A DNA stretch of 64,000 nt from an uncultured Verrucomicrobiae bacterium (GCA_963849375.1 CAWKHB010000003.1:48831-112830); one strand, 5' to 3'. Positions 9,848 to 19,860 are shown, counted from the first letter of the stretch. Notes: generated by a model from the sequence alone, not told the origin. Numbers and translations: made by a program.

Positions 9848-11062
9848 ATGAAGGGGCTGTTATTTGTAAGATGGATGGTGGCGCTTTCAATGGTGGCGGT
9901 GGTGGTGGGGACGGCGGCGGCGGGGTTTTTGTGGGGTTTGGATTGGGTGACTAGATTGCGGTTTTCGCAGTCATGGCTGGTGTATTTGTTACCTGTGGCG
10001 GGCCTGGGGATGGGCTATTATTATAGGACGCATGGGAGATTTGTGGGGGCTGGCAATCAAGTGATTCTTGCGGAACTGCACCATGACAGGGGAAAGGTTC
10101 CGGCTTTGATGGCGCCAAGTGTGGTTTTGGCGACTTTGGTGACGCATTTGTTTGGGGGTTCTGCAGGACGTGAGGGCACGGCGGTGCAGATGGGGGCAGG
10201 GATGGGTGCGTGGGTGGGTGGCTTTGTGAGCAAAGGGGGGCGGGCGAAGAAGATTTTCATTTTTTGCGGGATTTCAGCGGGTTTTGGGGCGGTTTTTGGG
10301 ACGCCATTTGCGGGGGCGTTGTTTGCGCTGGAGTTTACGCGGTTCCGGCTTTTATCGAGGAAGCTTATTCCTTGTTTGTTCACTGCGTTGCTGGCAGATC
10401 AGGTGTGCCATGCGTGGGGGATTGGGCATACGGTGTATCCTGCTATCATGTGGGAGAGATCGCTGGGGAATTGGTTTCCTTTAATGCCGAAAATTTTTGT
10501 TTTTGCGTGTGTTGTGGCCCTGCTGAGTCGGTTTTTTGTGTGGGTTTCGAAGTTTGTAGCAGGAAAGCTTCAGGTGTGGTTTCCGGATGGGGCGTTGCGG
10601 GCGGCGGTGGGGGGTATGGTGGTGATTTTGTTATTTTGGTTGGCGGGGACGGGAGACTATCTGGGTCTTGGGGTTTTGGCGGAGGATGAAAATGCGTATA
10701 CTTTACCAAGGTTCTTTGCTGTTGATTTACAGGCACCTGCGGAGACTTGGATGTGGAAAATTGCTTTTACGGTAGTGACGTTGGGTGCGGGATTTAAAGG
10801 CGGGGAGGTGACACCGTTGTTTTTCATCGGGGCAGCTTTGGGGAATTGGTTAGCTTGGGTTTTGGATGCTCCGGTGGATTTATTTGCGGGGATGGGCATG
10901 ATTGCTTTTTTTGCGGCGGCAACAAAGACGCCTTGGGCTTCGTTAGTGATGGGAATCGAGCTTTTGGGTTGGGGGGCATACGCGCCACTTGCGATGGGGA
11001 CGTTTTTAGCGTATAAATTGAGTGGAAAGAGATCCGTGTATCCGGAGCCGAGTGAGGTCTAG
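9848..11062 (+). CDS. CLC-family anion transporter, fluoride-specific CLC-F type
   Basis: GAGNQVI, GREGT and GEVTP signature motifs. Confidence 0.85.
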   Translation: MKGLLFVRWMVALSMVAVVVGTAAAGFLWGLDWVTRLRFSQSWLVYLLPVAGLGMGYYYRTHGRFVGAGNQVILAELHHDRGKVPALMAPSVVLATLVTHLFGGSAGREGTAVQMGAGMGAWVGGFVSKGGRAKKIFIFCGISAGFGAVFGTPFAGALFALEFTRFRLLSRKLIPCLFTALLADQVCHAWGIGHTVYPAIMWERSLGNWFPLMPKIFVFACVVALLSRFFVWVSKFVAGKLQVWFPDGALRAAVGGMVVILLFWLAGTGDYLGLGVLAEDENAYTLPRFFAVDLQAPAETWMWKIAFTVVTLGAGFKGGEVTPLFFIGAALGNWLAWVLDAPVDLFAGMGMIAFFAAATKTPWASLVMGIELLGWGAYAPLAMGTFLAYKLSGKRSVYPEPSEV

Positions 11063-11076
11063 AATGTTACACAAGC

Positions 11077-11568
11077 GTGCAAATGAACGGAGCAATAGAG
11101 ACACCCCGACAACTTGTGGCGCGTTTCGAGCGCGGTGAGCTGGACCGGGCAGAGTTTCAGGAGAAGATGTTTTTGTTTCAGCGTGAGCTGCTGGAGGAGA
11201 TTGAGGAGGATGTGCAGAATCCTTTTGCGGCTTGGTTGGAGGCGCGGGCTGCGCGTGGGGTGGCGAAGAAGCTTTTGAAGGATACTTCGGAATATAGGGT
11301 GCGGGAGGTTTTGGCTACGATGGCGGAGGTGCCGGGGTATCCGCATGCTCGGTATTTATGGAATGCGGCTCATCCGGATGTGCCTCTGCATTGTTTCTTC
11401 CGGGTGAAGAGGGAGCCGAGCTTTCAGATCACTGAAATGAGAGAAAAGGGCAGTGAGGTCTTGGTGAAAATTACGCGAGAGGGAGAGAAAGAGGAGTTTT
11501 TGATTAAGCGTGATCGGTTTGGGCAGCTTTTGGTGCCGTCATTTTCCAGAGGCGAGGACAAAGGGTAA
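11077..11568 (+). CDS. Hypothetical protein
   Basis: 163-aa ORF with host-like codon usage, directly after the CLC gene; 3' end overlaps the MATE gene. Confidence 0.6.
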   Translation: MQMNGAIETPRQLVARFERGELDRAEFQEKMFLFQRELLEEIEEDVQNPFAAWLEARAARGVAKKLLKDTSEYRVREVLATMAEVPGYPHARYLWNAAHPDVPLHCFFRVKREPSFQITEMREKGSEVLVKITREGEKEEFLIKRDRFGQLLVPSFSRGEDKG

Positions 11569-12850
11569 GGGAGGCGACGAGTAGGCCGATGGCGAGTCCG
11601 CACCAGATGCCAACTGCGCCGAGGCCAAGGTAACGAGAGAGAAAGAGTGCGGAGGGTAGGCCGATGAGCCAGTAGGAGACGAAGCCGATGAAGGCAGGCA
11701 TGCGTGCGTCGTGAAGGCCGCGAAGCATGGAGACGGAGCCGACTTGTAGGCTATCGAACAGCTGAAAAACGCCGACGATTATGAGAATTTTTGCGGAGAG
11801 TGCGATTACGGGCATTTCATCGATAAATAAGGAGGAAACCCAATTGCCGAAGACGAAGAAGAAGACTGCGCCGATGATGGCCCATGCAGTTCCGAGGAGC
11901 CAGCCGGAGGAGACGATGACGCGGAGTCGATCGACTTGGCCGGCTCCAGCGGCGGCTCCGATGCGGACGCTGAGTGCCATGGCAAGGCCGAGGGGGACCA
12001 TGAAGGCGGTAGCGGCACACATGAGGGCAATTTGGTGAGCGGCCATAGCGGTTTCACCGAAGCGCCCCATCAGCAGGCCGGCAGCTGAGAAGGCAGAGAC
12101 CTCGCAAATCATTTGAATACTGGCGGGAACCCCAATTCCGATGAATTTTTTCATTTCTGGTAGATCCGGGGCGACAAGCCAGCGATGCGGAACCCACTCG
12201 CTGAGTTCTTTCGGGCAGTAGAGCCATATAAACATGGCGATGAGGATGGCGAGACGAGAGATGGCGGTGGCCCAAGCGGCACCTTCTAGGCCTTGGGGTG
12301 GGTAGCCTAAATTTCCATAAATCATGACCCAATTCAGGAAAACATTGAGTATAACACCCGAAAGGAAGATCCAAAAAGGAGGCCACGGGCGATCTAGGGC
12401 ATCAGCGTGGTTTTTGAGTGCCATTGCCATCAGTCCGGGAATCATTGAGAGCATGATGATGCGGAAGTAAGGTCCGGTTTTTGCAGTCACCTCAGGGGGT
12501 TGTTGGAAGATGCCTAGGTAGAAGGACACAAAGACCATGAGCACGAAAAGCAGGAATCCGATGAGTGTGGCCAGATACATTCCGTGGCGGCAACTTGCTC
12601 TGGCGGCGGCTGCATTTCCCGCACCATGGGCCCCGGCGGTGAAGACGGAGACGGCGGTGAGGACGCCGATGCCGAAGACGAAAGGGACGTAGAAAAGTGA
12701 ATTTGCAAAGGTGAGGACGGCCATTTCGGTGACGCCAAGGCGGCCAATCATCATGGTGTCTGCCACTCCGAGGAGCATCTGACTCACTTGCCCAATGATC
12801 AGGGGCACTGCGAGCTTCAGGGTTAAATAGGATTCTTTTCTGAGCGACAT
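11504..12850 (-). CDS. MATE-family efflux transporter (NorM-like)
   Basis: LAVPLIIGQ..DTMMIGRLG, GAAWAT, AAHQIA and QLFDSLQ; about 12 TM. Confidence 0.9.
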   Translation of the reverse strand: MSLRKESYLTLKLAVPLIIGQVSQMLLGVADTMMIGRLGVTEMAVLTFANSLFYVPFVFGIGVLTAVSVFTAGAHGAGNAAAARASCRHGMYLATLIGFLLFVLMVFVSFYLGIFQQPPEVTAKTGPYFRIIMLSMIPGLMAMALKNHADALDRPWPPFWIFLSGVILNVFLNWVMIYGNLGYPPQGLEGAAWATAISRLAILIAMFIWLYCPKELSEWVPHRWLVAPDLPEMKKFIGIGVPASIQMICEVSAFSAAGLLMGRFGETAMAAHQIALMCAATAFMVPLGLAMALSVRIGAAAGAGQVDRLRVIVSSGWLLGTAWAIIGAVFFFVFGNWVSSLFIDEMPVIALSAKILIIVGVFQLFDSLQVGSVSMLRGLHDARMPAFIGFVSYWLIGLPSALFLSRYLGLGAVGIWCGLAIGLLVASLTLCPRLWKMTAPKAAQTDHA

Positions 12851-12991
12851 GTCTGCGGGTGACTAAGTGCCGGCCACGGTAAATTGTCAGTAACAGAACG
12901 CGAAGTGGGGGTTTCTGATGGGGGAGCAGGAAATGACTTTGAAAAATCCAACTAACAGGAACTAAGTTTTGCATATTTGTAGCTTTCCGTC

Positions 12992-13495
12992 ATGGTCCGG
13001 CTGATGCGCATCGTTGCCCACACCATTGCAATTCTACTTACTGCCTTGCTGCTGACACACTGTGGTTCAGGCTCGGCACCTGATTCTACGGCGATGACGG
13101 GCCCTTTTGATAGTAGGGGGAACTATGTGGAGGATTGGGCAGATAATCCTTCCAAATGGCACCGGCCAAGAAAGCCGGCGGAGCAGGTTGTGAGAAATAG
13201 GACTCCAGCTTCACCGCCGATTGTGGAGCCGCGTCCGGCGCCGAGGCCCTCGGTGGCAGCGGAGACACCGGTGGTGCAGCCGCAGCCGATTGCTAGGCCG
13301 AAGCCGAAAGTGGTTGTGAAGCCGAAGCCGAAGCCGAAGCCAAAACCTAGCTTTGTAAGGCACAAAGTGCGGCGGGGCGATACTTTGACGGGCCTAGCGC
13401 GACGGTATGGCACTACGATTTCGAAGATCAAGGCGGCGAACGGTATTCGAGGTTCTGTGATTATGTTAGGGCAGAACCTAAAGATTCCGCGATAG
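12992..13495 (+). CDS. LysM-domain lipoprotein
   Basis: Lipobox LTHC, Pro/Lys linker (KPKPKP) and LysM domain HKVRRGDTLTGLARRYGTT...GQNLKIP. Confidence 0.88.
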   Translation: MVRLMRIVAHTIAILLTALLLTHCGSGSAPDSTAMTGPFDSRGNYVEDWADNPSKWHRPRKPAEQVVRNRTPASPPIVEPRPAPRPSVAAETPVVQPQPIARPKPKVVVKPKPKPKPKPSFVRHKVRRGDTLTGLARRYGTTISKIKAANGIRGSVIMLGQNLKIPR

Positions 13496-13513
13496 GCATT
13501 TTCCCATAAATAC

Positions 13514-15676
13514 GTGGACAGGGACGAAGATTTGCGTGCGGCGTTCCCGGAGGATTTCCTTTTTGGAACTGCGAATGCGGATCATCAGGTGGAGGCGTAT
13601 GAGGCGGAGCGCGAGGATGTCTGGGACATGTGGGAGCGTTGCCAAGGGCTTACCAAACGAAAGCGTGGGACGGATTTTTGGAATCGGTATCGGGAGGATA
13701 TTAATTTGGCAGCAGGGCTGGGGTGTAAGTTATTTAGGTTTTCGATAGCGTGGGTGAGGGTGGAGCCTGAGTGCGGGGTTTTTGATGAGGGTGCGATTGC
13801 GCATTACGAGGAACTTGTGGACTATATAAGGGCCAAGGGGATGAAGGTGATGGTGACTTTGCATCATTTCGTATGGCCGGTGTGGCTGGAGCGGGATTAC
13901 GGGGGGATGATCGGGAGGGAATTTCCAGATTTGTTTGCTAGGTATGCAGATCGGATGGCTGAGGCCTTTGGGGATAAGGTGGATTGGTGGATCACGTTCA
14001 ATGAGCCGTCTCAGCTAACATTTGGGTATATTAAGCCGTGGTGGCAAAACCGGTATTATATGCCACCCGGATTGCCAAGGGGCTCGTTGGTGGACGCGGA
14101 GGCGGAGGCGGTAGGAAAGTTGGTGCCTAATCTATTTTTGGCACATACGCGGGCGCGTGCGGCGATAAAGGGGTATCGTGCAGATGCGCAGGTGGGCGTG
14201 AATCCTTTGGTGACGGGGTTTCCAATGTGGCTGCAGATGCTGATGGATTGGGGGGCATGTCACCGTGGGCTGGCGGAGGCGCTTTTTAAATTTACGACAA
14301 AGAGTGCCTTGATTAGTGAGCGCGGGAAGGTAGATCTGATGATCGGGGGGATTAGCCGGGAAGATGATATGCCTTTCGAGATGAGTGATGCCTATGCGCG
14401 CACGGGGAAGGCGGTTTTGGTGGACGCTGGATATGTGGGAGAGGGCATGGACTCGCTTTCTGCGAAGAGGATCGGGGTGATTGGGGTAGGGAATCAGGCG
14501 GAAAATTGGGAGAAACACTTGCCTGAGGACGGGCTGAAGCAGGTGTATAGTAATTATACAGAGGCGCGGGCAGCTTTGGATGCGGGGCGCTTGGATGCGC
14601 TGTATGGCGATGAGTTTTTTCTTTTGCCAGCGGAATTGGAGGGGATGAGTCAGTATCGATTTCTTGTGAAAGATTTGAGTGAGGAATTTTACGTTGCGCT
14701 GGCTCCGCAGGGTCACTCACGTTTGGTGGAGTATGTAAATCGTGCGATTGATACGCTGCGTGGGAAGGCGAGTGCGGATGGAGTGGAAGTTCCAGTAGAA
14801 GAAAGGCATTGGGAATTGCGGAAGCCGGTTTCTTTGCATGAGGTTTTTGGCAAGGTGGATAGTTTGCCGGGGCGGATGGCGGTGGGGAGGGGATTTCGCC
14901 GGGTGAAGCGGCGAGGGAAGATCAAAATCGGCATACGGAAAGACGTGCTGGGAATGTCTCGGGAGAGTGTAGATAGGTCCTTGGAGGTTCAGCTGGCGCG
15001 GCAGGTGGCGGAGGAAATTTTTGGGGATAGCGGGAAGGTGGAATTGGTGCCGGTAGAGCCGGGCGAGCGTTATCAGGTGCTGGTTTCGAAGACGAGATGG
15101 TTGAATTGGGCTTGGCGGTTTTGGGGGACGACGAGTTTGATAGCGAATGCGAATTGGTGGTATTTGGGAATGGCGGGGAAACTGGCGCCGGAGCTATGTC
15201 CTGAGGAGGCGATAGGTGCGCAGGATTTTGTAGGTCTGGATTACTATTGGGGCTTGCCGACGTGGCGCTTGCACAAGTTTCGATCGCTGGAAGACGCGGC
15301 GCGGGGTCGGTTCTTGGAAGCGCCGGTTTGGCCACGAGGTTTGTATCATGCGCTGCGTAGGTATAGTCGGTGGTTTCCTGGGCAGGAACTTTTTATCGTG
15401 GAGAACGGTTGTACGCCTTCGGCAGGGAAGACGACGCGGGCGCAGTATATGTTAGCGCATTTGCGGGAGGTGGCTTTGGCATTGAAGAAAGGGGTGCCGG
15501 TGAGGGCTTATAATTGGTGGTCGGTCACTTCAAACCGGGAATGGGGGCATCCTTTCGACCCAAATACGGATTTCGGCCTGCATTTTGTCGATTTAGATAA
15601 GGATCCGAGTTTGGAGCGCAGGCCGACGCCGGAGGCGAAGTTGTTTGCGGAGGTGATCCGGCGTTCTGGTAGGTGA
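13514..15676 (+). CDS. Glycoside hydrolase family 1 with an inserted, circularly permuted amino-acid-binding (SBP_bac_3-like) domain
   Basis: FPEDFLFG, RFSIAW.R, TFNEP (E164), DFVGLDYY and IVENG (E630); aa ~266-524 resemble a Peb1A/GltI-type SBP in permuted order. Confidence 0.85.
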   Translation: MDRDEDLRAAFPEDFLFGTANADHQVEAYEAEREDVWDMWERCQGLTKRKRGTDFWNRYREDINLAAGLGCKLFRFSIAWVRVEPECGVFDEGAIAHYEELVDYIRAKGMKVMVTLHHFVWPVWLERDYGGMIGREFPDLFARYADRMAEAFGDKVDWWITFNEPSQLTFGYIKPWWQNRYYMPPGLPRGSLVDAEAEAVGKLVPNLFLAHTRARAAIKGYRADAQVGVNPLVTGFPMWLQMLMDWGACHRGLAEALFKFTTKSALISERGKVDLMIGGISREDDMPFEMSDAYARTGKAVLVDAGYVGEGMDSLSAKRIGVIGVGNQAENWEKHLPEDGLKQVYSNYTEARAALDAGRLDALYGDEFFLLPAELEGMSQYRFLVKDLSEEFYVALAPQGHSRLVEYVNRAIDTLRGKASADGVEVPVEERHWELRKPVSLHEVFGKVDSLPGRMAVGRGFRRVKRRGKIKIGIRKDVLGMSRESVDRSLEVQLARQVAEEIFGDSGKVELVPVEPGERYQVLVSKTRWLNWAWRFWGTTSLIANANWWYLGMAGKLAPELCPEEAIGAQDFVGLDYYWGLPTWRLHKFRSLEDAARGRFLEAPVWPRGLYHALRRYSRWFPGQELFIVENGCTPSAGKTTRAQYMLAHLREVALALKKGVPVRAYNWWSVTSNREWGHPFDPNTDFGLHFVDLDKDPSLERRPTPEAKLFAEVIRRSGR

Positions 15677-15679
15677 GGG

Positions 15680-17254
15680 GTGCCGGAGGGAGATGCGATG
15701 GGTGAAGCTTTCTCCTCGCCAATGGGTGAGATGGTAGGGATGCTGGGGGCACTAGGTATGGTTGAGGAAATTACAGGAGCGCAGGAAAAGGTGGGTGCAC
15801 GGGAGTTGTTGTTTGGCAATTTGTGGGATTTCGATCCGGCTCCGGAGTCGGCTCCTGCGGGGATTGAGGAGCGGTATGATTTATTTATCGGAGGGAAATT
15901 TGTGGAGCCAAAGAGTGGTGTTTGGTTTGATTCGATCAGTCCGAGAGATGGTAAGAAGCATTGTGAGATAGCAGAGGCGGGGGAGGCGGATGTGGAGGCG
16001 GCGTATCGTGCAGCGGGTGATGCGTTTGGCGATTGGTCGCGGCTTTCGGGGAGCTCACGGGGGAAATATTTGTTCCGGCTGGCAAGGTTGTTGCAGGATC
16101 GGGCGCGTGAATTTGCGGTTGCGGAGACTTTGGATGGTGGAAAGCCAATTAAAGAGGCGCGGGACTTTGATGTGCCAATGGCGGCTGCGCATTTTTTCTA
16201 TCACGCTGGCTGGGCAGATAAATTGGAGTATGTGGCTCCGGGTGCTCATTTGAAGCCGTTGGGGGTGGTTGGGCAGGTGATTCCATGGAATTTTCCGTTG
16301 CTTATGCTGGCTTGGAAGCTGGCGCCGGCTTTGGCGGTGGGTAATACGGTGGTCTTGAAACCTGCGGAGACTACGTCGGTGACGGCGATGAAATTTGCAG
16401 AGTTGGTGCGTGATGCTGGGCTTCCACCGGGGGTTGTGAATTTTGTGACTGGCGCGGCAGATACGGGGAAGGCTGTGGTGACGCATTCTGCTGCGGCAAA
16501 GATCGCTTTCACGGGATCGACTCAGGCGGGAAAGTGGATTCAAGGTGAGCTGGCAGGGAGGCAGACTCGCCTTTCTCTGGAGCTAGGAGGTAAGGGTGCG
16601 AATATTGTGTTCGAAGACGCGGCCATCGATCAGGCAGTTGAGGGGATTGTGGACGGAATCTTTTTCAACCAAGGTCATGTATGTTGTGCGGGTTCGCGTT
16701 TGCTAGTGCAGGAGAGCATTATGCCGGAATTTCTTGAGAAATTGAAGAACCGGATGCGGACGTTGAAGACTGGTGATCCGTTGGATAAGAATACTGATGT
16801 CGGGGCGATTAATTCGCGTAAACAGCTGGAGAGGATTCGAGAAATGGTAGAAGCAGGGAGGGCGTATGGTGCTGAGGTGTATCAGAATTCTGAGGCGCTG
16901 CCTTCTGAAGGGTTTTACTACGCGCCTTGTGTGTTGAGCGACGTGACTCAGAGTCATCGGGTGGTGACGGATGAGATTTTTGGTCCGGTGCTTACTGTAG
17001 GTAGTTTCCGGACTCCGGGAGAAGCCATTGAGAAGGCAAACAATACGGCATATGGGCTTAGTGCAGGGGTATGGACAGATAAGGGATCGAAATTTCTGGA
17101 TGTGGTGAAGCAGATCAAAACGGGTGTGGTATGGGGAAATTCCTTTAATCGATTTGATCCGAGTTCGCCATTTGGAGGTTTCAAAGAATCTGGCTTTGGA
17201 CGGGAAGGTGGGCAACAGGGCTTGCTGGAGTATGGCGAGGTGGTGAGAAGGTAG
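15680..17254 (+). CDS. Aldehyde dehydrogenase (DeoC-associated type); true start may lie up to ~80 nt downstream
   Basis: IPWNFP, LKPAE, FTGST, LELGGK, GHVCCAGSR, EIFGPV, PFGGFKESG. Confidence 0.92.
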   Translation: MPEGDAMGEAFSSPMGEMVGMLGALGMVEEITGAQEKVGARELLFGNLWDFDPAPESAPAGIEERYDLFIGGKFVEPKSGVWFDSISPRDGKKHCEIAEAGEADVEAAYRAAGDAFGDWSRLSGSSRGKYLFRLARLLQDRAREFAVAETLDGGKPIKEARDFDVPMAAAHFFYHAGWADKLEYVAPGAHLKPLGVVGQVIPWNFPLLMLAWKLAPALAVGNTVVLKPAETTSVTAMKFAELVRDAGLPPGVVNFVTGAADTGKAVVTHSAAAKIAFTGSTQAGKWIQGELAGRQTRLSLELGGKGANIVFEDAAIDQAVEGIVDGIFFNQGHVCCAGSRLLVQESIMPEFLEKLKNRMRTLKTGDPLDKNTDVGAINSRKQLERIREMVEAGRAYGAEVYQNSEALPSEGFYYAPCVLSDVTQSHRVVTDEIFGPVLTVGSFRTPGEAIEKANNTAYGLSAGVWTDKGSKFLDVVKQIKTGVVWGNSFNRFDPSSPFGGFKESGFGREGGQQGLLEYGEVVRR

Positions 17255-17291
17255 TTTTTTCGCGCATATTTTATGGGATTTGCGCAAAAAA
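17255..17291. terminator. Imperfect inverted repeat after the aldehyde dehydrogenase gene, possible terminator
   Basis: ttttttcgcgcatat...atttgcgcaaaaaa. Confidence 0.4.
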
Positions 17292-17355
17292 TTAGGCGGA
17301 AGGTGATTTAGGCTTGCATGTGTATTTGTAGGGGCTATTAACCGCGTCCCGAATT

Positions 17356-17625
17356 ATGGCTAAGAAAAGTTGGATCGCCCGCAATAAACGTAAAGCAAAG
17401 ACAGTTGATAAGTATGCTGACCTACGGCATAAGCTGAAGGCTGAGAAAGATTACGTAGGTCTATCGATGCTGCCACGTGATGCTAGCCCTACTCGGGTTG
17501 TAAATCGTTGTGAGATCACAGGCCGCCGCCGTGCGTTTATCCGCCGTTTTCGTTTGTCACGGATTACATTCCGTGAATATGCTTCCGCTGGTTTACTACC
17601 CGGCGTTACCAAGTCAAGTTGGTAG
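17356..17625 (+). CDS. rpsN: 30S ribosomal protein S14 (89 aa, Zn-independent form)
   Basis: MAKKS...[17 protein letters not shown]...KSSW; only one Cys of the CxxC pairs remains. Confidence 0.96.
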   Translation: MAKKSWIARNKRKAKTVDKYADLRHKLKAEKDYVGLSMLPRDASPTRVVNRCEITGRRRAFIRRFRLSRITFREYASAGLLPGVTKSSW

Positions 17626-17744
17626 TAAGCTGAGGTGGGCTCCTGAGAAGGACGTTGCCGCCGGTGTTTTAAACACTAAGAACCAGCTTGCCGAAATCCG
17701 TTAGATAGCATAGGAGAGGACTGATTCCCGCCTGTGCTGCACCT

Positions 17745-18005
17745 ATGCCCATTTACGAATACGTAGCCGAAGAACCAGATGATCCTGACCGATCGTGTCG
17801 GATGTGTCGGCGTGGGTTCGATTTGAGAAGACCGGCGGATCGGGAAGCGCTTGCTGTGTGCTTTTTGTGTAAATATCCGGTGAGAAAACGTGTTTCGCGC
17901 ACACATACGCCCCGTATTACGAAACCGCTATCGGTCACTGACGCGAAGGCGGCGGGTTTTACAGTTTTAGAAAAGCGGGATCAGGGGGTGTATGAGAAGC
18001 TCTGA
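17745..18005 (+). CDS. FmdB-family zinc-ribbon protein
   Basis: MPIYEY start, CRMC and CFLC pairs. Confidence 0.85.
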   Translation: MPIYEYVAEEPDDPDRSCRMCRRGFDLRRPADREALAVCFLCKYPVRKRVSRTHTPRITKPLSVTDAKAAGFTVLEKRDQGVYEKL

Positions 18006-18027
18006 TTTAGCAGGTGAGGTTTGGAAT

Positions 18028-19425
18028 ATGGCTGGGGTTGCATTTGTGAGCTTTGGAGAGATACCGCAGGATTTCCCAACGCCATTGGAGACGATTTTGT
18101 ATCTGGGGGGCATTGCATTCTTTCTCTTGCTGAATGCGTTTTTCGTCGCTTCAGAGTTTGCGATTGTGAAAGTCCGGCCAAGTCAGCTGGAGACACATGC
18201 GAAGGAGACCGGGGCGGATACGGTGCGCTCGATTCATGTGGTTAAGAATTTAGATGGATATATTTCAGCGAATCAGCTGGGTATCACATTTTCGTCGTTG
18301 GCTTTGGGATTCTTGGGTGAGCCTTTTGTCACGGCTCTGATTGCGCCTTTGTGCGCTTGGGCAGGTATGCCGGAACAGGCAACTTATTGGGTTTCCTTGG
18401 TGATTGCGTATGTGTCGTTCACCTATTTGCACGTGGTGATTGGGGAGCTAGTGCCAAAGTCGATTGCCATAAGGCGTTCACTGGCGGTGACGCAGGCATT
18501 GGTGAAGCCGTTGCATGTTTTCTACAAAACTTTTTATTGGGTCATTCGCTTTTTTCAGGGCACCGCAAATTGGTTGCTGAAGAACATTTTCAGGATTGAT
18601 CCGATTAGTGAGGGTGAGCATGTGCACTCGGCCGAGGAGTTGGCGATATTGGTGACGCATTCCGGGAAGTTTGCGGAAGTGACAGATACGGAACGTGAAA
18701 TTTTGATCAATGCGCTGGAGCTCAATGAGCTTTGGGTGCGTGATGTTATGACGCCGCGCAACGAGGTGGTTGTCCTGGATGTGGACGAGCCTTTTGAGAA
18801 GGTGATGGATGTGGCTATCCGTAGTAAGCATACAAGATTCCCGCTAGTGAAAGGGCATTTGGATCAATCGATTGGATTGATACATATCAAAGATTTGTTT
18901 AAATTGATCAGGGATCCAGATCCTGATCTAATGCGGATTAAGCGCGAGCTGAAGTTGGTGCCGGATACGATGCCGTTAGATACACTTTTAAAGTTTTTCT
19001 TAAAAGAGCACGCTCATTTGGCGATGGCTGTGGATGAGTTTGGAACTCCGGTAGGGTTAGTATTTCTTGATAATATTATGGAAGAACTCGTGGGTGATAT
19101 CCAGGACGAGTTTGATAATGAGCATTCCGCATTTATGAGGGTGAATGAGGAGGAGTTTGTTGTTGAGGGTTCGATGACGCTCAATGATCTAGAGGGCTAC
19201 GTGGAGGATTTATCTCTCGAGAGTGGAGAGGTGACTACCGTGGGAGGTTATTTTACTCAACAGCTTGAGAGGTTCCCAGAAGTAGGGGAGACGCTCATCA
19301 TTCTCGGTTACGAGGCGAAGGTTACTAGCACTGATGGGCGTAGGGTAGGGCAGATTCACTTCCGAAAACTTCTAGCGGCGGAAGGACTGGGGATGCCTAT
19401 GCCGACGAGTGAGTCAGTTGAGTAG
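18028..19425 (+). CDS. HlyC/CorC-family (CNNM-CBS-CorC) membrane protein
   Basis: NAFFVASEFA, QLGIT, GELVPK, CBS pair (VMTPR, VDEFG), EELVGDIQDEFD. Confidence 0.92.
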   Translation: MAGVAFVSFGEIPQDFPTPLETILYLGGIAFFLLLNAFFVASEFAIVKVRPSQLETHAKETGADTVRSIHVVKNLDGYISANQLGITFSSLALGFLGEPFVTALIAPLCAWAGMPEQATYWVSLVIAYVSFTYLHVVIGELVPKSIAIRRSLAVTQALVKPLHVFYKTFYWVIRFFQGTANWLLKNIFRIDPISEGEHVHSAEELAILVTHSGKFAEVTDTEREILINALELNELWVRDVMTPRNEVVVLDVDEPFEKVMDVAIRSKHTRFPLVKGHLDQSIGLIHIKDLFKLIRDPDPDLMRIKRELKLVPDTMPLDTLLKFFLKEHAHLAMAVDEFGTPVGLVFLDNIMEELVGDIQDEFDNEHSAFMRVNEEEFVVEGSMTLNDLEGYVEDLSLESGEVTTVGGYFTQQLERFPEVGETLIILGYEAKVTSTDGRRVGQIHFRKLLAAEGLGMPMPTSESVE

Positions 19426-19573
19426 ATAAGCTATCGTGCAATAGGAACGTGTTGAACGTGCAAATTGAATGAGGATCCAGTTATTTGTTTGGGGGCAAGA
19501 GCTTGAAACCCCGTTATCATTGGATTCCCGAGCTTTTGCAGGCTGGCGTAATGGATGCTATATCCATAATACT

Positions 19574-19819
19574 ATGAAATTATCAGGTAAGACTCTCCTT
19601 CTTTCTCTCACATCCATCGGGGCAGCGGCTGCGCTCAGCTCGTGCAACGTTGAAAAAACTGAAGATGGCGAAATGCCAGAGGTGAAAGTGGAAGGTGAAG
19701 CGAAACTCCCAGAATATGATGTCGATGCACCAAGTGTGGATGTAGGCACAGAAACAAAGACCATCGAGGTGCCGACAGTGGACATTATACCAGCTGACGA
19801 GGATACCGACGATGAGTAA
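19574..19819 (+). CDS. Small acidic lipoprotein
   Basis: MKLSGK...AAALSSC lipobox followed by an acidic mature part. Confidence 0.75.
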   Translation: MKLSGKTLLLSLTSIGAAAALSSCNVEKTEDGEMPEVKVEGEAKLPEYDVDAPSVDVGTETKTIEVPTVDIIPADEDTDDE

Positions 19820-19860
19820 ACTCTCTCGCTCTGCAGAATTATCTGTAGGGTAAATGATTT

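Noticed and set aside
13296-13347. gccgaa microsatellite as a phase-variation tract
   Set aside because: It is an in-frame hexamer encoding the KPKPKP linker of the LysM protein.
17630-17740. Structured ncRNA between rpsN and the FmdB-like gene
   Set aside because: The ends can pair (aggtggg/cccgcct), but I found no SRP, SAM or glycine consensus; support is insufficient.
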